Origin: Alphaproteobacteria bacterium
Lineage (GTDB): Bacteria > Pseudomonadota > Alphaproteobacteria > JAAXGF01
DNA length: 64,000 nucleotides
Direction of reading: 5' to 3'
NCBI GenBank assembly: GCA_963555825.3
Contig: CAUVXB020000001.1
Span: 1,184,001-1,248,000, forward strand
Shown here: piece after piece, positions 50,247-61,372 of the stretch
Layout: each line of letters opens with the position of its first letter
Position numbering within the stretch: the first letter of the stretch is position 1
Program-made: the position numbers and the translations under genes
The notes under the pieces: model-generated
Told to the model about the DNA's origin: nothing
The model's input: the letters and a program-made list of their open reading frames with translations, nothing else
The model's database searches: none

Positions 50247-52255
50247 TACGCGTCGTTGGCCAATATCCGCGCACCGTCGAGGTCATCGAGAACGATTGGA
50301 TCACGCTGGCCGACGGCTGCCGGCTCGCCGCGCGCATCTGGCGACCGGTCGACGCCGCGACGGATCCGGTGCCGGCGATCCTCGAGTATTTGCCCTACCG
50401 CAAGCGCGACGGCACGGCCACGCGCGACGAGCTGACGCATCCCTATATCGCCGGCCACGGTTATGCCTGCGTGCGCGTCGACATGCGTGGCAACGGCGAG
50501 TCCGACGGTTTGATGTTCGACGAGTATCTCAAACAGGAGCAGGACGACGGGCTCGAGGTCATCGAATGGCTCGCGGACCAGCCCTGGTGCAGCGGCGCGG
50601 TCGGCATGATCGGTATTTCCTGGGGCGGCTTCAACGGCCTGCAGGTCGCTGCGCGCCGGCCACCGGCACTCAAGGCGGTCATCACGCTGTGCTCGACCGA
50701 CGACCGCTACACAGACGACATCCACTATATTGGCGGCGCGTTGTTGAACGAGAACCTCGGCTGGGCATCGACCATGCTGTCGTTTTCGTCGCGGCCGCCC
50801 GATTCGGCGCTGGTCGGCGAGCGCTGGCGCGCGATGTGGCTCGACCGTCTCGAGAACATGCCGCTGCTGGTCGCCAACTGGCTCGAGCACCCGCACCGCG
50901 ACGCCTTTTGGAAGCACGGTTCGGTGTGCGAGGACTACGCCGCCATCGAGGCCGCGGTCTATGCGGTCGGCGGCTGGGCCGACGCCTACTCGAACGCGAT
51001 TCCCAGGCTGATCGAGGGGCTGCCCGGCCCGGTCAAGGGGCTGACCGGACCGTGGATGCATAAGTACCCGCACTTCGCCGCGCCGGCGCCGCGCATCGGC
51101 TTCCTGCAAGAATGCCTGCGCTGGTGGGACCACTGGCTCAAGGGCCTCGACACGGGCATCATGGACGAGCCGATCTACCGCGCCTTCATGCAAGAAAGCG
51201 TGCCGCCCAAGGCGATGTACGAAGCGCGCGACGGCCGTTGGATCGCCGAGCCAGAATGGCCGTCGCCCAACATCGAGACCAGCGCCTTCGCGCTGTCCGC
51301 CGCCGGCCTGACGCAGGGCCCCGCGCCGGCCCAGACGCTGATGCTGCGTTCGCCCGAGAACACGGGCACGGCGGGCGGCGAGTTCTGCGCCATGTGGCTC
51401 GGCCCCGACATGCCGGTCGACCAACGCGTCGACGACGCCGGTTCACTCGTCTTCGACACCCCGCCGCTCGACCAGCGGGTCGAGATCTTCGGCGCGCCCG
51501 AGGTCGTGCTCGACCTCGCGGCCGACCGGCCGCAGGCCAACATCGCGGTCCGCCTGTGCGACGTCGATCCGACCGGTGCCTCGACGCGCGTGACCATCGG
51601 CATCCTCAACCTGAGCCATCGCGAGAGTCACCAAATGCCCTCGCTGCTGACCCCGGGCGAGCGCTATCGCGTGCGCGTCAAGCTCAACGACATCGCCCAC
51701 GCCTTCCCGCCGGGCAACCGCATCCGCCTCGCCGTCTCGACCGCCTATTGGCCGTTGATCTGGCCATCGCCCGAACCCGTCACCTTGACGCTTCATACCG
51801 GGGAGAGCCGGCTTGATCTTCCGATACGGCCGCCACGCGACGAGGCGTTGACGCCCTTCGAGGAATCGGAGACGGCACCGCCTCAGCGCTATGAGGAGCT
51901 GCGACCGGAGGCAAAGTCGCGCACCGTCGAGCGCGACCTCGCGACCGGCGAGACCGTGGTGCGCATCGTCAACGATTTCGGCGAGCAGCGTATCCTCGAC
52001 CACGACCTCGCGACCGGCGAGATTAGCCGCGTCACGCATCGAATTCTGGCCGACGATCCGACGAGCGCCCGGGCCGAGACCCATTGGACCGAAACGCTCG
52101 GCCGAGGCGATTGGCGCGTGCGCTGCGAGAGCCGGACGACGATGTGGTCTGATCGCGAAAATTTTCACATTGAGGCGAAGCTCGAGGCCTTCGAAGGCGA
52201 CGAAAGGGTATTCGAACGGGATTGGACGCACAGCGTCCGCCGGAACATGGTCTGA
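50243..52255 (+). CDS. CocE/NonD family hydrolase
   Basis: EYLPYRKRD, VDMRGNGESDG and GISWGG nucleophile motif. Confidence 0.92.
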   Translation: MIRVVGQYPRTVEVIENDWITLADGCRLAARIWRPVDAATDPVPAILEYLPYRKRDGTATRDELTHPYIAGHGYACVRVDMRGNGESDGLMFDEYLKQEQDDGLEVIEWLADQPWCSGAVGMIGISWGGFNGLQVAARRPPALKAVITLCSTDDRYTDDIHYIGGALLNENLGWASTMLSFSSRPPDSALVGERWRAMWLDRLENMPLLVANWLEHPHRDAFWKHGSVCEDYAAIEAAVYAVGGWADAYSNAIPRLIEGLPGPVKGLTGPWMHKYPHFAAPAPRIGFLQECLRWWDHWLKGLDTGIMDEPIYRAFMQESVPPKAMYEARDGRWIAEPEWPSPNIETSAFALSAAGLTQGPAPAQTLMLRSPENTGTAGGEFCAMWLGPDMPVDQRVDDAGSLVFDTPPLDQRVEIFGAPEVVLDLAADRPQANIAVRLCDVDPTGASTRVTIGILNLSHRESHQMPSLLTPGERYRVRVKLNDIAHAFPPGNRIRLAVSTAYWPLIWPSPEPVTLTLHTGESRLDLPIRPPRDEALTPFEESETAPPQRYEELRPEAKSRTVERDLATGETVVRIVNDFGEQRILDHDLATGEISRVTHRILADDPTSARAETHWTETLGRGDWRVRCESRTTMWSDRENFHIEAKLEAFEGDERVFERDWTHSVRRNMV

Positions 52256-52488
52256 TCCGTCGCTTCTGCGATCGACAAGTGAACGCTTGACACAATAGCA
52301 CCGCTGATAGCAAAGTTATCACAGCGAGTGATCGGGAGGATCTCTGCCGCGCGAAAATTAAGCGGCCAATCGGCGCAAAATCGGACCCACGGCGCGAATC
52401 ACCAGGGGGCACGTAGGTACCGACCGAGGCCTATGGACCGTTCGCCGGCAATCTCCCGACCGAAACAAACCAATTGGGAGATCACGTC

Positions 52489-54075
52489 ATGAAACAACTC
52501 GATTTCTATGCCAAGCTCCTCGAGCACGGCAATATCTCGCGGCGCGAATTCATGGGCCGCGCGGCGGCCCTGGGCGTCACCGTCGGGCTTGCCTCGACGA
52601 TGGCCGGCAAGGCCATCGCGGCGACGCCCAAGAAGGGTGGCCACGTAAGGGCCGGTATCGGGCACGGCTCGACGACCGACTCGCTCGATCCGGGGACCTA
52701 TGAGAACAACTTCATGGGGCAGGTCAACTTCGCCACCAACAACGTGCTGGCGGAAATCGGCACATCCGGCCAACTCGAGCCGAACCTGGCGGAAAGCTGG
52801 GAGGCCTCGGACGACGCCGCTGTCTGGCGCTTCAAGATTCGCCAGGGCGTCGAGTTCCACAACGGCAAGACGCTCACCGTTGAAGACGTGTTGGCGTCGG
52901 TCAACCACCACCGCGGCGAGGATACCACATCGGCCGCCAAACCGCTTCTCGAGACGATCACTGACATCTCGATCGACGGCAAGGATACGCTGGTCGTATC
53001 GCTGGAGGGCGGCAACGCCGACTTCCCCTTCACCATTAGCGATTATCATATCGCCATCATGCCGTCCAAGGACGGCGTGATGCAGTGGAGCGAGGGCATC
53101 GGCACCGGCGGCTACAAGCTTGCGAACTTCGATCCCGGCGTGCGCGCCGATCTCACCCGGAACCCCAACTACTGGAAGGAAGGCGCCGCGCATTTCGACA
53201 GTTTGGAAATCCTCTCGATCATCGACGTGACGGCTCGCACCAATGCGCTGACCACCGGCGAGATCGACGTCATGGACCGGGTCGACATCAAGACCCTGCA
53301 CCTGCTCGAGCGCAACGAGAACATCAAAGTGGAGGAGACGACGGGCACGGCGCATTACACCGCACCGATGCGCACCGACACGCCGCCCTTCGACGACAAC
53401 AACGTCCGCATGGCGCTCAAGCTCGCCTTCGACCGCGACGCCATGCTGCGCACCGTGCTGCGCGGCCACGGCTCGGTCGGCAACGACCACCCGATCAGCA
53501 CCGCCAACCGCTATCACGCCGCGGCGCTGCCGCAACGCACCTACGACCCGGAGAAGGCCAAGTGGCACCTCAAGGAGGCCGGGCTTTCGAGCCTGAAGGT
53601 CGACCTCAGCGCCGCCGACGCCGCCTTCGCCGGTGCCGTCGATGCCGCTGTTCTCTATAAGGAGCACGCCGCCAAGGCCGGCATCGACATCAACGTCGTC
53701 CGCGAGCCCAACGACGGCTACTGGTCGGCGGTGTGGATGGCAAAGCCCTGGTGCATGTGCTACTGGGGCGGCCGGCCGACCGAGGACGGCATGTTCTCGA
53801 CGGCCTACGCGGCGGACGCGGACTGGAACGACACGTTCTGGGACCACGAGAAGTTCAACAAGCTGCTCGTCGAGGCCCGCGCCGAGCTCAACGACGCCAA
53901 GCGCCGCGAGATGTACTTCGAGATGCAACAGATTTGCAGCGACGAGGGTGGCGTGGTCGTGCCCATGTTCAACAACTACGTATTCGCCATTTCGACGAAG
54001 ATCGAGCACGGGCCGATGCAGGGCAACTGGGATCTCGACGGCAGTCTGTGGATGGAGCGCTGGTGGTTCGCCTAA
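52489..54075 (+). CDS. ABC transporter substrate-binding protein (family 5), copy 1
   Basis: SRREF twin-arginine-like leader, GVEFHNGK and WGGRPT motifs. Confidence 0.92.
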   Translation: MKQLDFYAKLLEHGNISRREFMGRAAALGVTVGLASTMAGKAIAATPKKGGHVRAGIGHGSTTDSLDPGTYENNFMGQVNFATNNVLAEIGTSGQLEPNLAESWEASDDAAVWRFKIRQGVEFHNGKTLTVEDVLASVNHHRGEDTTSAAKPLLETITDISIDGKDTLVVSLEGGNADFPFTISDYHIAIMPSKDGVMQWSEGIGTGGYKLANFDPGVRADLTRNPNYWKEGAAHFDSLEILSIIDVTARTNALTTGEIDVMDRVDIKTLHLLERNENIKVEETTGTAHYTAPMRTDTPPFDDNNVRMALKLAFDRDAMLRTVLRGHGSVGNDHPISTANRYHAAALPQRTYDPEKAKWHLKEAGLSSLKVDLSAADAAFAGAVDAAVLYKEHAAKAGIDINVVREPNDGYWSAVWMAKPWCMCYWGGRPTEDGMFSTAYAADADWNDTFWDHEKFNKLLVEARAELNDAKRREMYFEMQQICSDEGGVVVPMFNNYVFAISTKIEHGPMQGNWDLDGSLWMERWWFA

Positions 54076-54111
54076 ACACCGGTATCCGACGATAGAAGAC
54101 GAGGGGGGCCA

Positions 54112-54262
54112 ATGGGCAAGTTCGTCGCCGTGATCGGCGCTGGGCTTGCTCACCCTCCCCGTCGTCTCGGCAATCACCTGGTTGAGCGTCGGTTCCATCC
54201 CTGTAACGTAAGCTATGGCAATTCTGGGATGGGTGGCGACGTCCGAAACTGCCGCCGGCCCG
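54112..54262 (+). pseudogene. Eroded 5' remnant of the permease gene at 56262
   Basis: ATGGGCAAGTTCGTCGCC...GCTGGGCTTGCTCACCCTC...GGCAATTCTGGG...GGCGACGTCCGAAAC aligns with 56262-56420. Confidence 0.7.
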
Positions 54263-54607
54263 ACGCCGCGCGACGTGCCGGTGCTAGCGCTACGCTCGCC
54301 CGATAACTCATTCCAAGGATCAGGCATCCGGGCGGCGAGTTCTGCGCCATTTGGCTGGCCCCCGACATCCCGCCCGACAACCTCTCGTGATTGCCGAGAA
54401 CGGACACTTGACAGACGCATGCAATTGCGCCCAGAGTCGATCCAGCAACATCTGGGAAACCAACGCCGCATAATGGCTGCCGGATGATCGGCTGGGGGGC
54501 TCATCCCGAGGAGCGTGACAGCAATGTCCGCGGATCAGGGCCGGCGCTCGAACCGGAAGAGGCTTGGTTCGAACCTCTGTGCGGCATAATCTGATGGGAG
54601 GAACGTC

Positions 54608-56209
54608 ATGAAAGAACTCGATTTCTACGCCAAGCTCCTCGAGCATGGCAAAATTTCGCGGCGTGAATTCATGGGCCGCGCGGCGGCCCTGGGCGTCACC
54701 GTCGGCCTCGCCTCGACCCTGGCCGGCAAGGCCATCGCGGCGACGCCGAAGAAGGGCGGACGCCTGCGCTTGGGAATCACCGGCGGCGGATCGGGCGACA
54801 CCCTCGATCCGGCGCAGATTCTCGACACCTACATGACAATGGTGAGTTTCGGGCAGTTGCGCAATTGCCTGACCGAAATTGCGCCGGACGGCAGCCTGAT
54901 CGGCGAACTGGCGGAAAGCTGGGAAGCCACGGATGATGCCGTCACTTGGACCTTCAAGATCAGGCAGGGCGTCGAGTTCCACAACGGCAAGACGCTGGAC
55001 GCTAACGATGTTGTGGAATCGATCAATCACCATCGCGGTGAAGATACCAAGTCGGCGGCCAAGGGCATCATTTCCCCGATCCAGGACATCAAGGCGGACG
55101 GTAAGAGCGTGGTGGTCATCACCCTGAGTGGTGGCAGCGCTGATTTCCCCTTCCTGATGAGCGATTACCACCTGGGCATCTGCCCCGCGAAGTCGGGCGG
55201 CGGAATAGATTGGGAATCGGGTGTCGGCACCGGCGGATACGTGCTCCAGTCATTCGACCCGGGCGTACGGACCCTGACCACAAGAAGTCCGAACTATTGG
55301 AAGACGGGCTACGGCCATTTCGACGAGATTGAATCGCTCTTTATTGCGGACGCGTCCGCACGGACCAGCGCCCTGCAAACGGGCGAGATCGATGTGATGA
55401 CCAACGTCGAACTGAAAACGGTAAAACTGTTAAGCAAGGCGCCAGGGGTTGTTGTGTTCAAGACAACCGGCAACAAGCACGTTACCTTGCCCATGCATAC
55501 GAATAAGGCGCCTTTCGACAACAACGATGTGCGTCTAGCGCTCAAGTACGCGATCGACCGCGAACAGTGGCTCAGGGTCATCGTGAAGGGGTACGGGGAA
55601 GTTGGAAACGACATCCCACTCGGACCGGCGAACGTTTACCGCGCGACCACGGATGAAATTCCGCAACGGAACTACGATCCGGACAAGGCCAAGTTCCATC
55701 TTAAAAAGGCCGGCTACGATAGCATCGACCTGCAATTCCACGCTAGCGACACGGCATTTGGAGGGGCCGTCGATGCCGGGCAGCTCTATGCAGAATCGGC
55801 TAGGCCGGCGGGCATCAATCTCGAGGTGGTGCGCGCACCGGCGGATGGTTATTGGTCGAGTGTCTGGCTTAAGGAACCCTTCATGGCCAGCTATTGGGGC
55901 GGTCGGCCGACCGAGGACTGGATGTTCTCGCAGGTCTACTCCTCTGGCGCGGACTGGAACGAGACCTTCTGGGACCACGAGCGCTTCAACGAGCTACTCG
56001 TCGCAGCCCGGGGGGAACTCGACGCGGCAAAGCGCCGCGAGCAATACGTCGAGATGCAGCGCATCGTCCACGACGATGGCGGCGTGATTGTTCCTCTCTT
56101 CATGTCTTACGTCCAGGCCGCTAGCGACAAACTCCACCTGCCAGAGCAGATGGCGAGCAACTGGGAACTTGATGGCAACAAATGCACCGAGCGCTGGTGG
56201 TTCGCCTAA
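54608..56209 (+). CDS. ABC transporter substrate-binding protein (family 5), copy 2
   Basis: Paralog of 52489-54075; TTGACA upstream at ~54408. Confidence 0.92.
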   Translation: MKELDFYAKLLEHGKISRREFMGRAAALGVTVGLASTLAGKAIAATPKKGGRLRLGITGGGSGDTLDPAQILDTYMTMVSFGQLRNCLTEIAPDGSLIGELAESWEATDDAVTWTFKIRQGVEFHNGKTLDANDVVESINHHRGEDTKSAAKGIISPIQDIKADGKSVVVITLSGGSADFPFLMSDYHLGICPAKSGGGIDWESGVGTGGYVLQSFDPGVRTLTTRSPNYWKTGYGHFDEIESLFIADASARTSALQTGEIDVMTNVELKTVKLLSKAPGVVVFKTTGNKHVTLPMHTNKAPFDNNDVRLALKYAIDREQWLRVIVKGYGEVGNDIPLGPANVYRATTDEIPQRNYDPDKAKFHLKKAGYDSIDLQFHASDTAFGGAVDAGQLYAESARPAGINLEVVRAPADGYWSSVWLKEPFMASYWGGRPTEDWMFSQVYSSGADWNETFWDHERFNELLVAARGELDAAKRREQYVEMQRIVHDDGGVIVPLFMSYVQAASDKLHLPEQMASNWELDGNKCTERWWFA

Positions 56210-56261
56210 TCACCAGCATCCGATAATAGAGGTCCGATGATAGAGGGGGTGGGGAAGCTCG

Positions 56262-57218
56262 ATGGGTAAGCTTGTTGCCATGATCGCCCGTCGGCTGGGG
56301 CTGGGCTTGCTCACCCTCTTCATCGTCTCGGTGTTCATTTCGCTGGGGGTCGAGTTCCTTCCCGGCGACTTGGCCTTGGCAATCCTGGGGCAGGCGGCGA
56401 CGCCCGAAACCGTCGCCGCCATGCGCGAGCAGCTTGGCCTCGACCTACCCCTGCACGAGCGCTACTTCACTTGGCTGTGGGGCATGTTGCAGGGCGACAT
56501 GGGCGTGTCGCTGGCCAATCAGCGCGAGATCTCCGAGCTGATCGGCGTGCGCCTCGGGAACACCCTGTTCCTGGCCATGATCGCTGCCATCGTTTCGGTG
56601 CCGCTGGCGGTGACGCTCGGAATTCTCGCGGCGCTTTACCGCTACAGCTTTTACGACCGCTTCGTTAACATCTTGACGCTGAGTTCGATTTCCTTCCCCG
56701 AATTCTTCGTCGCTTACATCCTGGTGCTGTTCCTGGCGGTCAACCTCGGCTGGTTCCCGAGCATCTCGAACGTCAGCCCAGGTCTGGGCTTCTGGGAACA
56801 GGCCTACCGGGTTTCGCTGCCGGCGCTGACCCTGACGCTCGTGGTCATCGCCCATATGATGCGCATGACCCGCGCGGCGATCATCAATCTGCTGGCCAGC
56901 CCTTACATCGAAATGGCCGGCCTCAAGGGCATGCCCCGCGGGCGCATCATCGTCAAGCACGCCCTGCCCAATGCGCTCGCGCCGATCATCAACGTGATCG
57001 TCATTAACCTCGCCTATCTGGTGGTCGGCGTGGTCATCGTCGAGGTGGTGTTCGTCTATCCCGGTCTCGGCCAACTGCTGGTCGATTCGGTTTCCAAGCG
57101 CGACATTCCGGTGGTGCAGGCAAGCGCCCTGATCTTCGCGGGCACTTATATCCTGCTCAATCTAACGGCCGACGTGCTGTCGATCGCCACCAACCCGCGC
57201 CTGATGCATCCGCGGTGA
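56262..57218 (+). CDS. Peptide-type ABC transporter permease
   Basis: LPGD, PYIEMAGLKG and HALPNAL motifs. Confidence 0.92.
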   Translation: MGKLVAMIARRLGLGLLTLFIVSVFISLGVEFLPGDLALAILGQAATPETVAAMREQLGLDLPLHERYFTWLWGMLQGDMGVSLANQREISELIGVRLGNTLFLAMIAAIVSVPLAVTLGILAALYRYSFYDRFVNILTLSSISFPEFFVAYILVLFLAVNLGWFPSISNVSPGLGFWEQAYRVSLPALTLTLVVIAHMMRMTRAAIINLLASPYIEMAGLKGMPRGRIIVKHALPNALAPIINVIVINLAYLVVGVVIVEVVFVYPGLGQLLVDSVSKRDIPVVQASALIFAGTYILLNLTADVLSIATNPRLMHPR

Positions 57219-57235
57219 TCAGGGGAGCGTGAACG

Positions 57236-58405
57236 ATGGTGTCAATCTCGATGGAAGGCGCGCTGCCCGCTAAGCCCTCGCCCTGGGCCTGCCGGCTTTC
57301 GGTGACGGCGGTGCATTTCTTCGTCCTCGTCCTGTTCCTGCAGAACATGAACGCGGACACTTGGCTGGCAATCCTCGGCGTCATCGTGGTGCATGTGTAC
57401 AGCGCGATTGCGCTCTACCTCTGGAGCAATCTCGAGAGAAGCACGGCGGGCGACACCGTCATCGTCGCGGTAACGCTCGAATTTATCTTGATCGCTGTGC
57501 TTTTCTGGGACCGCTTCAGCGACTGGCCCTGGTCGACCTTCTTCGGCCTCTTCGTCATGCAATCTTGCGCGTACCTTGGGGTCCGCTTTTGGCAGGGCCT
57601 GAGCAAGGCGCCGCTGGCGGCCTGGTTCGGGCTCGTCGTCATCCTGCTTTACGTGTTGATGGCCGCCGCCGCGCCGGTGATCGCGCCATTCGGCGAGTCC
57701 GAAATAGTCGGCTACGAGTACGAACCCTGGGGCGGTGAGTACCTGCTGGGTACCGACAATCTCGGCCGCGACATGCTGACACGGCTGATCTATGGCGGCC
57801 GCAACACCATCGGCATCGCCTTCGCCACCACCTGCCTGGCCTTCGTGTTGGGTGCGATGGGTGGCTTCATGGCGGCAACGCTCGGCGGCTGGGTCGATCA
57901 GGCCCTCGGCCGGCTCTGCGACATCATGATGGCGATCCCGGGACTGATCTTCATTCTCATGATCCTGTCGGTCACCGGCACCTCGATCCCGACGCTGATC
58001 GTGGTCATCGGGGTCCTCGATTCGACGCGCGTCTTCCGCCTGTCCCGCGCCGTCGCCATGAACATCGTGGTGATGGATTACGTCGAGGCGGCGCGGCTGC
58101 GCGGCGAGGGACTGTGGTGGATCATGCGACGCGAGGTGCTGCCCAACGCCATGGCGCCGCTGGTCGCCGAGTTCGGCCTGCGTTTCTGCTTCGTCTTCCT
58201 GACCCTCAGCGCCCTTAGCTTCCTCGGCCTCGGTATTCAACCGCCGCTCGCCGACTGGGGCAGTATGGTGCGCGACAACGCTACCCTGATCACCTTCGGC
58301 GACATCACGCCGTTGCTGCCGGCGGCCGCGATCGCGCTGTTGACGGTGGGCGTCAATTTCGTCGTCGATTGGTTCCTGCACATAACCAGCGGATTGCGCG
58401 AATGA
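57236..58405 (+). CDS. Peptide-type ABC transporter permease with extra N-terminal TM region
   Basis: LGTDNLGRD, DYVEAARLRGE and LSFLGLG motifs. Confidence 0.9.
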   Translation: MVSISMEGALPAKPSPWACRLSVTAVHFFVLVLFLQNMNADTWLAILGVIVVHVYSAIALYLWSNLERSTAGDTVIVAVTLEFILIAVLFWDRFSDWPWSTFFGLFVMQSCAYLGVRFWQGLSKAPLAAWFGLVVILLYVLMAAAAPVIAPFGESEIVGYEYEPWGGEYLLGTDNLGRDMLTRLIYGGRNTIGIAFATTCLAFVLGAMGGFMAATLGGWVDQALGRLCDIMMAIPGLIFILMILSVTGTSIPTLIVVIGVLDSTRVFRLSRAVAMNIVVMDYVEAARLRGEGLWWIMRREVLPNAMAPLVAEFGLRFCFVFLTLSALSFLGLGIQPPLADWGSMVRDNATLITFGDITPLLPAAAIALLTVGVNFVVDWFLHITSGLRE

Positions 58406-60063
58406 GCACTGATGGCGAAAATGGCGAGGCCCGCGGCGCCAAGGGCGACATACTGCTCGAAATGCGCGGGCTCAAGCTCGAGGGCCAGGCCGACGATCAG
58501 TGGCATGGTATCGTCCACGGCGTCGACGTTACGCTGCGCCGCGGCGAGGTGCTGGGGCTGATCGGCGAATCGGGCGCCGGCAAGTCGACCATCGGCATCG
58601 CCGCCATGGGCTTCGCCCGGCCCGGCTGCCGCATCAGCGGCGGCACCATCGTGTTCGACGGCATCGATCTCCTGGGCATCAGCGAGGAGGCGAGGCGCAA
58701 GATACGCGGTGCGCGCATCGCCTATGTGGCGCAAAGCGCGGCGGCCGCCTTCAACCCGGCCCACAAGCTGATCGACCAGTGCACCGAAATGCCGGTGCAG
58801 CACGGCGTCATGCCGCTCGCCGAGGCCGAGACCGACGCCATCGACATCTTCACCCGTTTGCAGCTACCCGACCCGGATACCATCGGCTTCCGTTATCCCC
58901 ATCAGGTGTCCGGCGGCCAGTTGCAGCGCGCCATGACCGCCATGGCCATGTCGTGCCGGCCCGACCTGATCATCTTCGACGAGCCGACGACGGCGCTCGA
59001 CGTGACCACCCAGATCGAGGTGTTGGCGGCGATCAGGAGGATCGTCAAACAGTTCGACACCGCGGCCATCTACATCACGCACGACCTCGCCGTGGTGGCC
59101 CAGATGGCCGACAGAATCATGGTCTTGCAGTACGGCCATTTGGTCGAGGAGGGCTTCGCCCGCGACATGATCGCCAATCCCAAGGAAGAGTACACCGCCA
59201 AGCTTCTCGCGGTGCGCAGCTTCCGCAAGGAAGGGGCCCTCGAAACCGACCACGACATTCCGCTGCTCAAGGTCGAGAACGTCACCGCGAGCTACGGCGG
59301 CGAGATTACCGTGCTCAAGAACGTCAGCGTGGAAATTCACCACGCCCGCACGGTGGCGGTGGTCGGCGAATCGGGCAGCGGCAAGTCGACCCTGGCCCGC
59401 GCCATCACCGGCCTGCTGCCGCCGAGCGAGGGCCAAGTCAGCTATGGCGGCGAAATCCTGCCTCCTGCCCTGGCCGACCGTAGCCGAGACCAGCTCCGCC
59501 GGATGCAGATGATCTATCAGATGCCCGACACGGCGGTGAACCCGAAACATCGCATCCGCGAGATCATCGGCCGCCCGCTCGAGTTCTATCTCGGCCTCAA
59601 GGGCGACGACAAGGAAGTCCGGCTCAGGGAGCTGCTCGAGATGATCGAGCTCGATCCCGACGAGTTCATCGACCGCTTCCCAGGTGAGCTTTCGGGCGGC
59701 CAGAAGCAGCGCGTCTGCATCGCCCGCGCGCTCGCTGCCGAGCCCGAGTTGATCATCTGCGACGAGGTCACCTCGGCGCTCGACCAGCTGGTTGCCGAGG
59801 AAATCCTAAAGCTCCTGCAGCGCCTACAGGACGACCTTCAAGTGTCCTACATGTTCATCACCCACGACCTCGCCACGGTGCGGGCGATCGCCGACGAAGT
59901 CGTCGTCATGCTGCAGGGCGAAATCGTCGAGCAGGGCCCGAAGGAAGAAATCTTCACCCCGCCGCACCACGAATACACCGAGCTGCTGCTCTCGTCGGTA
60001 CCCGAGATGGACACCGAGTGGCTCGACAATCTGCTCGCCAAACGCGCGGCCGCAGCAGGTTAG
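58402..60063 (+). CDS. ABC transporter ATP-binding protein (two fused ATPase domains)
   Basis: GESGAGKST and GESGSGKST Walker A; SGGQLQR and SGGQKQR signatures. Confidence 0.94.
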   Translation: MSTDGENGEARGAKGDILLEMRGLKLEGQADDQWHGIVHGVDVTLRRGEVLGLIGESGAGKSTIGIAAMGFARPGCRISGGTIVFDGIDLLGISEEARRKIRGARIAYVAQSAAAAFNPAHKLIDQCTEMPVQHGVMPLAEAETDAIDIFTRLQLPDPDTIGFRYPHQVSGGQLQRAMTAMAMSCRPDLIIFDEPTTALDVTTQIEVLAAIRRIVKQFDTAAIYITHDLAVVAQMADRIMVLQYGHLVEEGFARDMIANPKEEYTAKLLAVRSFRKEGALETDHDIPLLKVENVTASYGGEITVLKNVSVEIHHARTVAVVGESGSGKSTLARAITGLLPPSEGQVSYGGEILPPALADRSRDQLRRMQMIYQMPDTAVNPKHRIREIIGRPLEFYLGLKGDDKEVRLRELLEMIELDPDEFIDRFPGELSGGQKQRVCIARALAAEPELIICDEVTSALDQLVAEEILKLLQRLQDDLQVSYMFITHDLATVRAIADEVVVMLQGEIVEQGPKEEIFTPPHHEYTELLLSSVPEMDTEWLDNLLAKRAAAAG

Positions 60064-60073
60064 TCCTTCGTCC

Positions 60074-60787
60074 ATGGCTCATCCGAGCCAGTCACTGACT
60101 AGAGCCGCGGTCTGTTTCGGCGCCACCTTAATCTGTCTCACATTCTGTACGGCCGGCGTCCAGGCGCAGGCCGACCGCTGGACCATGCTCATGGACGCCG
60201 CCGCCGCCGCCCACCAACGCGGCGACATCGACGAGGCCCAACGGCGTCTCGGGCTGGCGCTCGGCGCGGCCGAAGAGATCGCCGCCGACGACCCGCGCGT
60301 CGCCGAGACGCTCGCCGCGCTCGGTTCGCTGTACTACGAGCGGAACCGACTCGCCGAAGCGGCCACGCTGCTCGATCGCGCGCTGGCAATCGACCACAAG
60401 TCATTGCCACCGAACGACACCAAAACCGCCGTCCATCTCACCGCGCAGGGTCTCGTGCGCGCACAACTCGGTGATTTCGACGCCGCCGCGGCGCACCACG
60501 GCCGCGCGCTTACCATCTATCAGGCAGCTCTCGGCGCCGATCATCCACGGGTCACGACCGCCATGGAGAGCCTGGCTGGCGTCTATCTCATGGCCGGTCG
60601 CTACGCCAAGGCAGCGCCCCACTACGCCCGTTTTCTCGAACGCATGGAAGCCAAGCTTGGCGCGGTACACCCGGATCTCGTTCCGATCCTCAATTCCTAT
60701 GCACTCGCGTTGCGCAACCTCGATCGTGACGACGAGGCGTCGAAACTCGAAGCACGCGCCGACGCGATCCGCGCGAGAAGCGACTAA
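60074..60787 (+). CDS. Secreted tetratricopeptide repeat protein
   Basis: Signal peptide; kinesin-light-chain-type repeats (LGADHPRV, LGAVHPDL). Confidence 0.85.
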   Translation: MAHPSQSLTRAAVCFGATLICLTFCTAGVQAQADRWTMLMDAAAAAHQRGDIDEAQRRLGLALGAAEEIAADDPRVAETLAALGSLYYERNRLAEAATLLDRALAIDHKSLPPNDTKTAVHLTAQGLVRAQLGDFDAAAAHHGRALTIYQAALGADHPRVTTAMESLAGVYLMAGRYAKAAPHYARFLERMEAKLGAVHPDLVPILNSYALALRNLDRDDEASKLEARADAIRARSD

Positions 60788-60820
60788 TTCCCTACCCCGG
60801 AATTCGGCGCAACAGCCGTG

Positions 60821-61372
60821 TTATCCGGCCGCTTGGACTGGCTCGCGCACGCCGCCCCGCGGCGCGCCCGCCTCGATGTTGCCCCACAGCACCTCGTGGC
60901 CTTCGGGCAGCGCCCGGCTGTTCGGCATCGATAGCCAGAGGCGCATGAGCAAGCGATCGCTGTTCGCCGCATCGTCGTCTTCATAGGCGGTGCGCGCGTG
61001 ATAGACGACGTGGTTGTTGATGAAGTTGATGTCGCCCGCTTCGAGCGCGACGTGGTGGCACAGCTCCTCGGCGATCGCGGCGTGCAGATCGAGCGCCTCG
61101 TCTTGATCCGCCGTCATCTTGGGCACGCCGGGCAGATTCTGCGCCGCTTCGACGAAGGTGCGCGAGTAGTGACTGGTGAAGCGGCCATCCCGCAGTCCCC
61201 AGACCGGCAAGGCATAATAGGCGTTCTCGCCGCCCAGCTCCTCGCCCAGCCGACTGCGGTAGTAGTCGCCGTAGAGCAGCGCGCATAGCTCGGGCCGGCG
61301 CGCGAGCATCGCGTTGTGGACGGCGACCGAGCTGGCCAGCTTGCTGACGCCGCCCGCCTTGGCCGGGCGCAC
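60821..61372 (-). pseudogene. 3' part of a TauD/TfdA family dioxygenase, cut by IS256
   Basis: GGVSKLASSVAVHN, LEAGDINFINN.VVYHARTAYED and RLLMRLWL motifs; 5' part absent. Confidence 0.85.
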
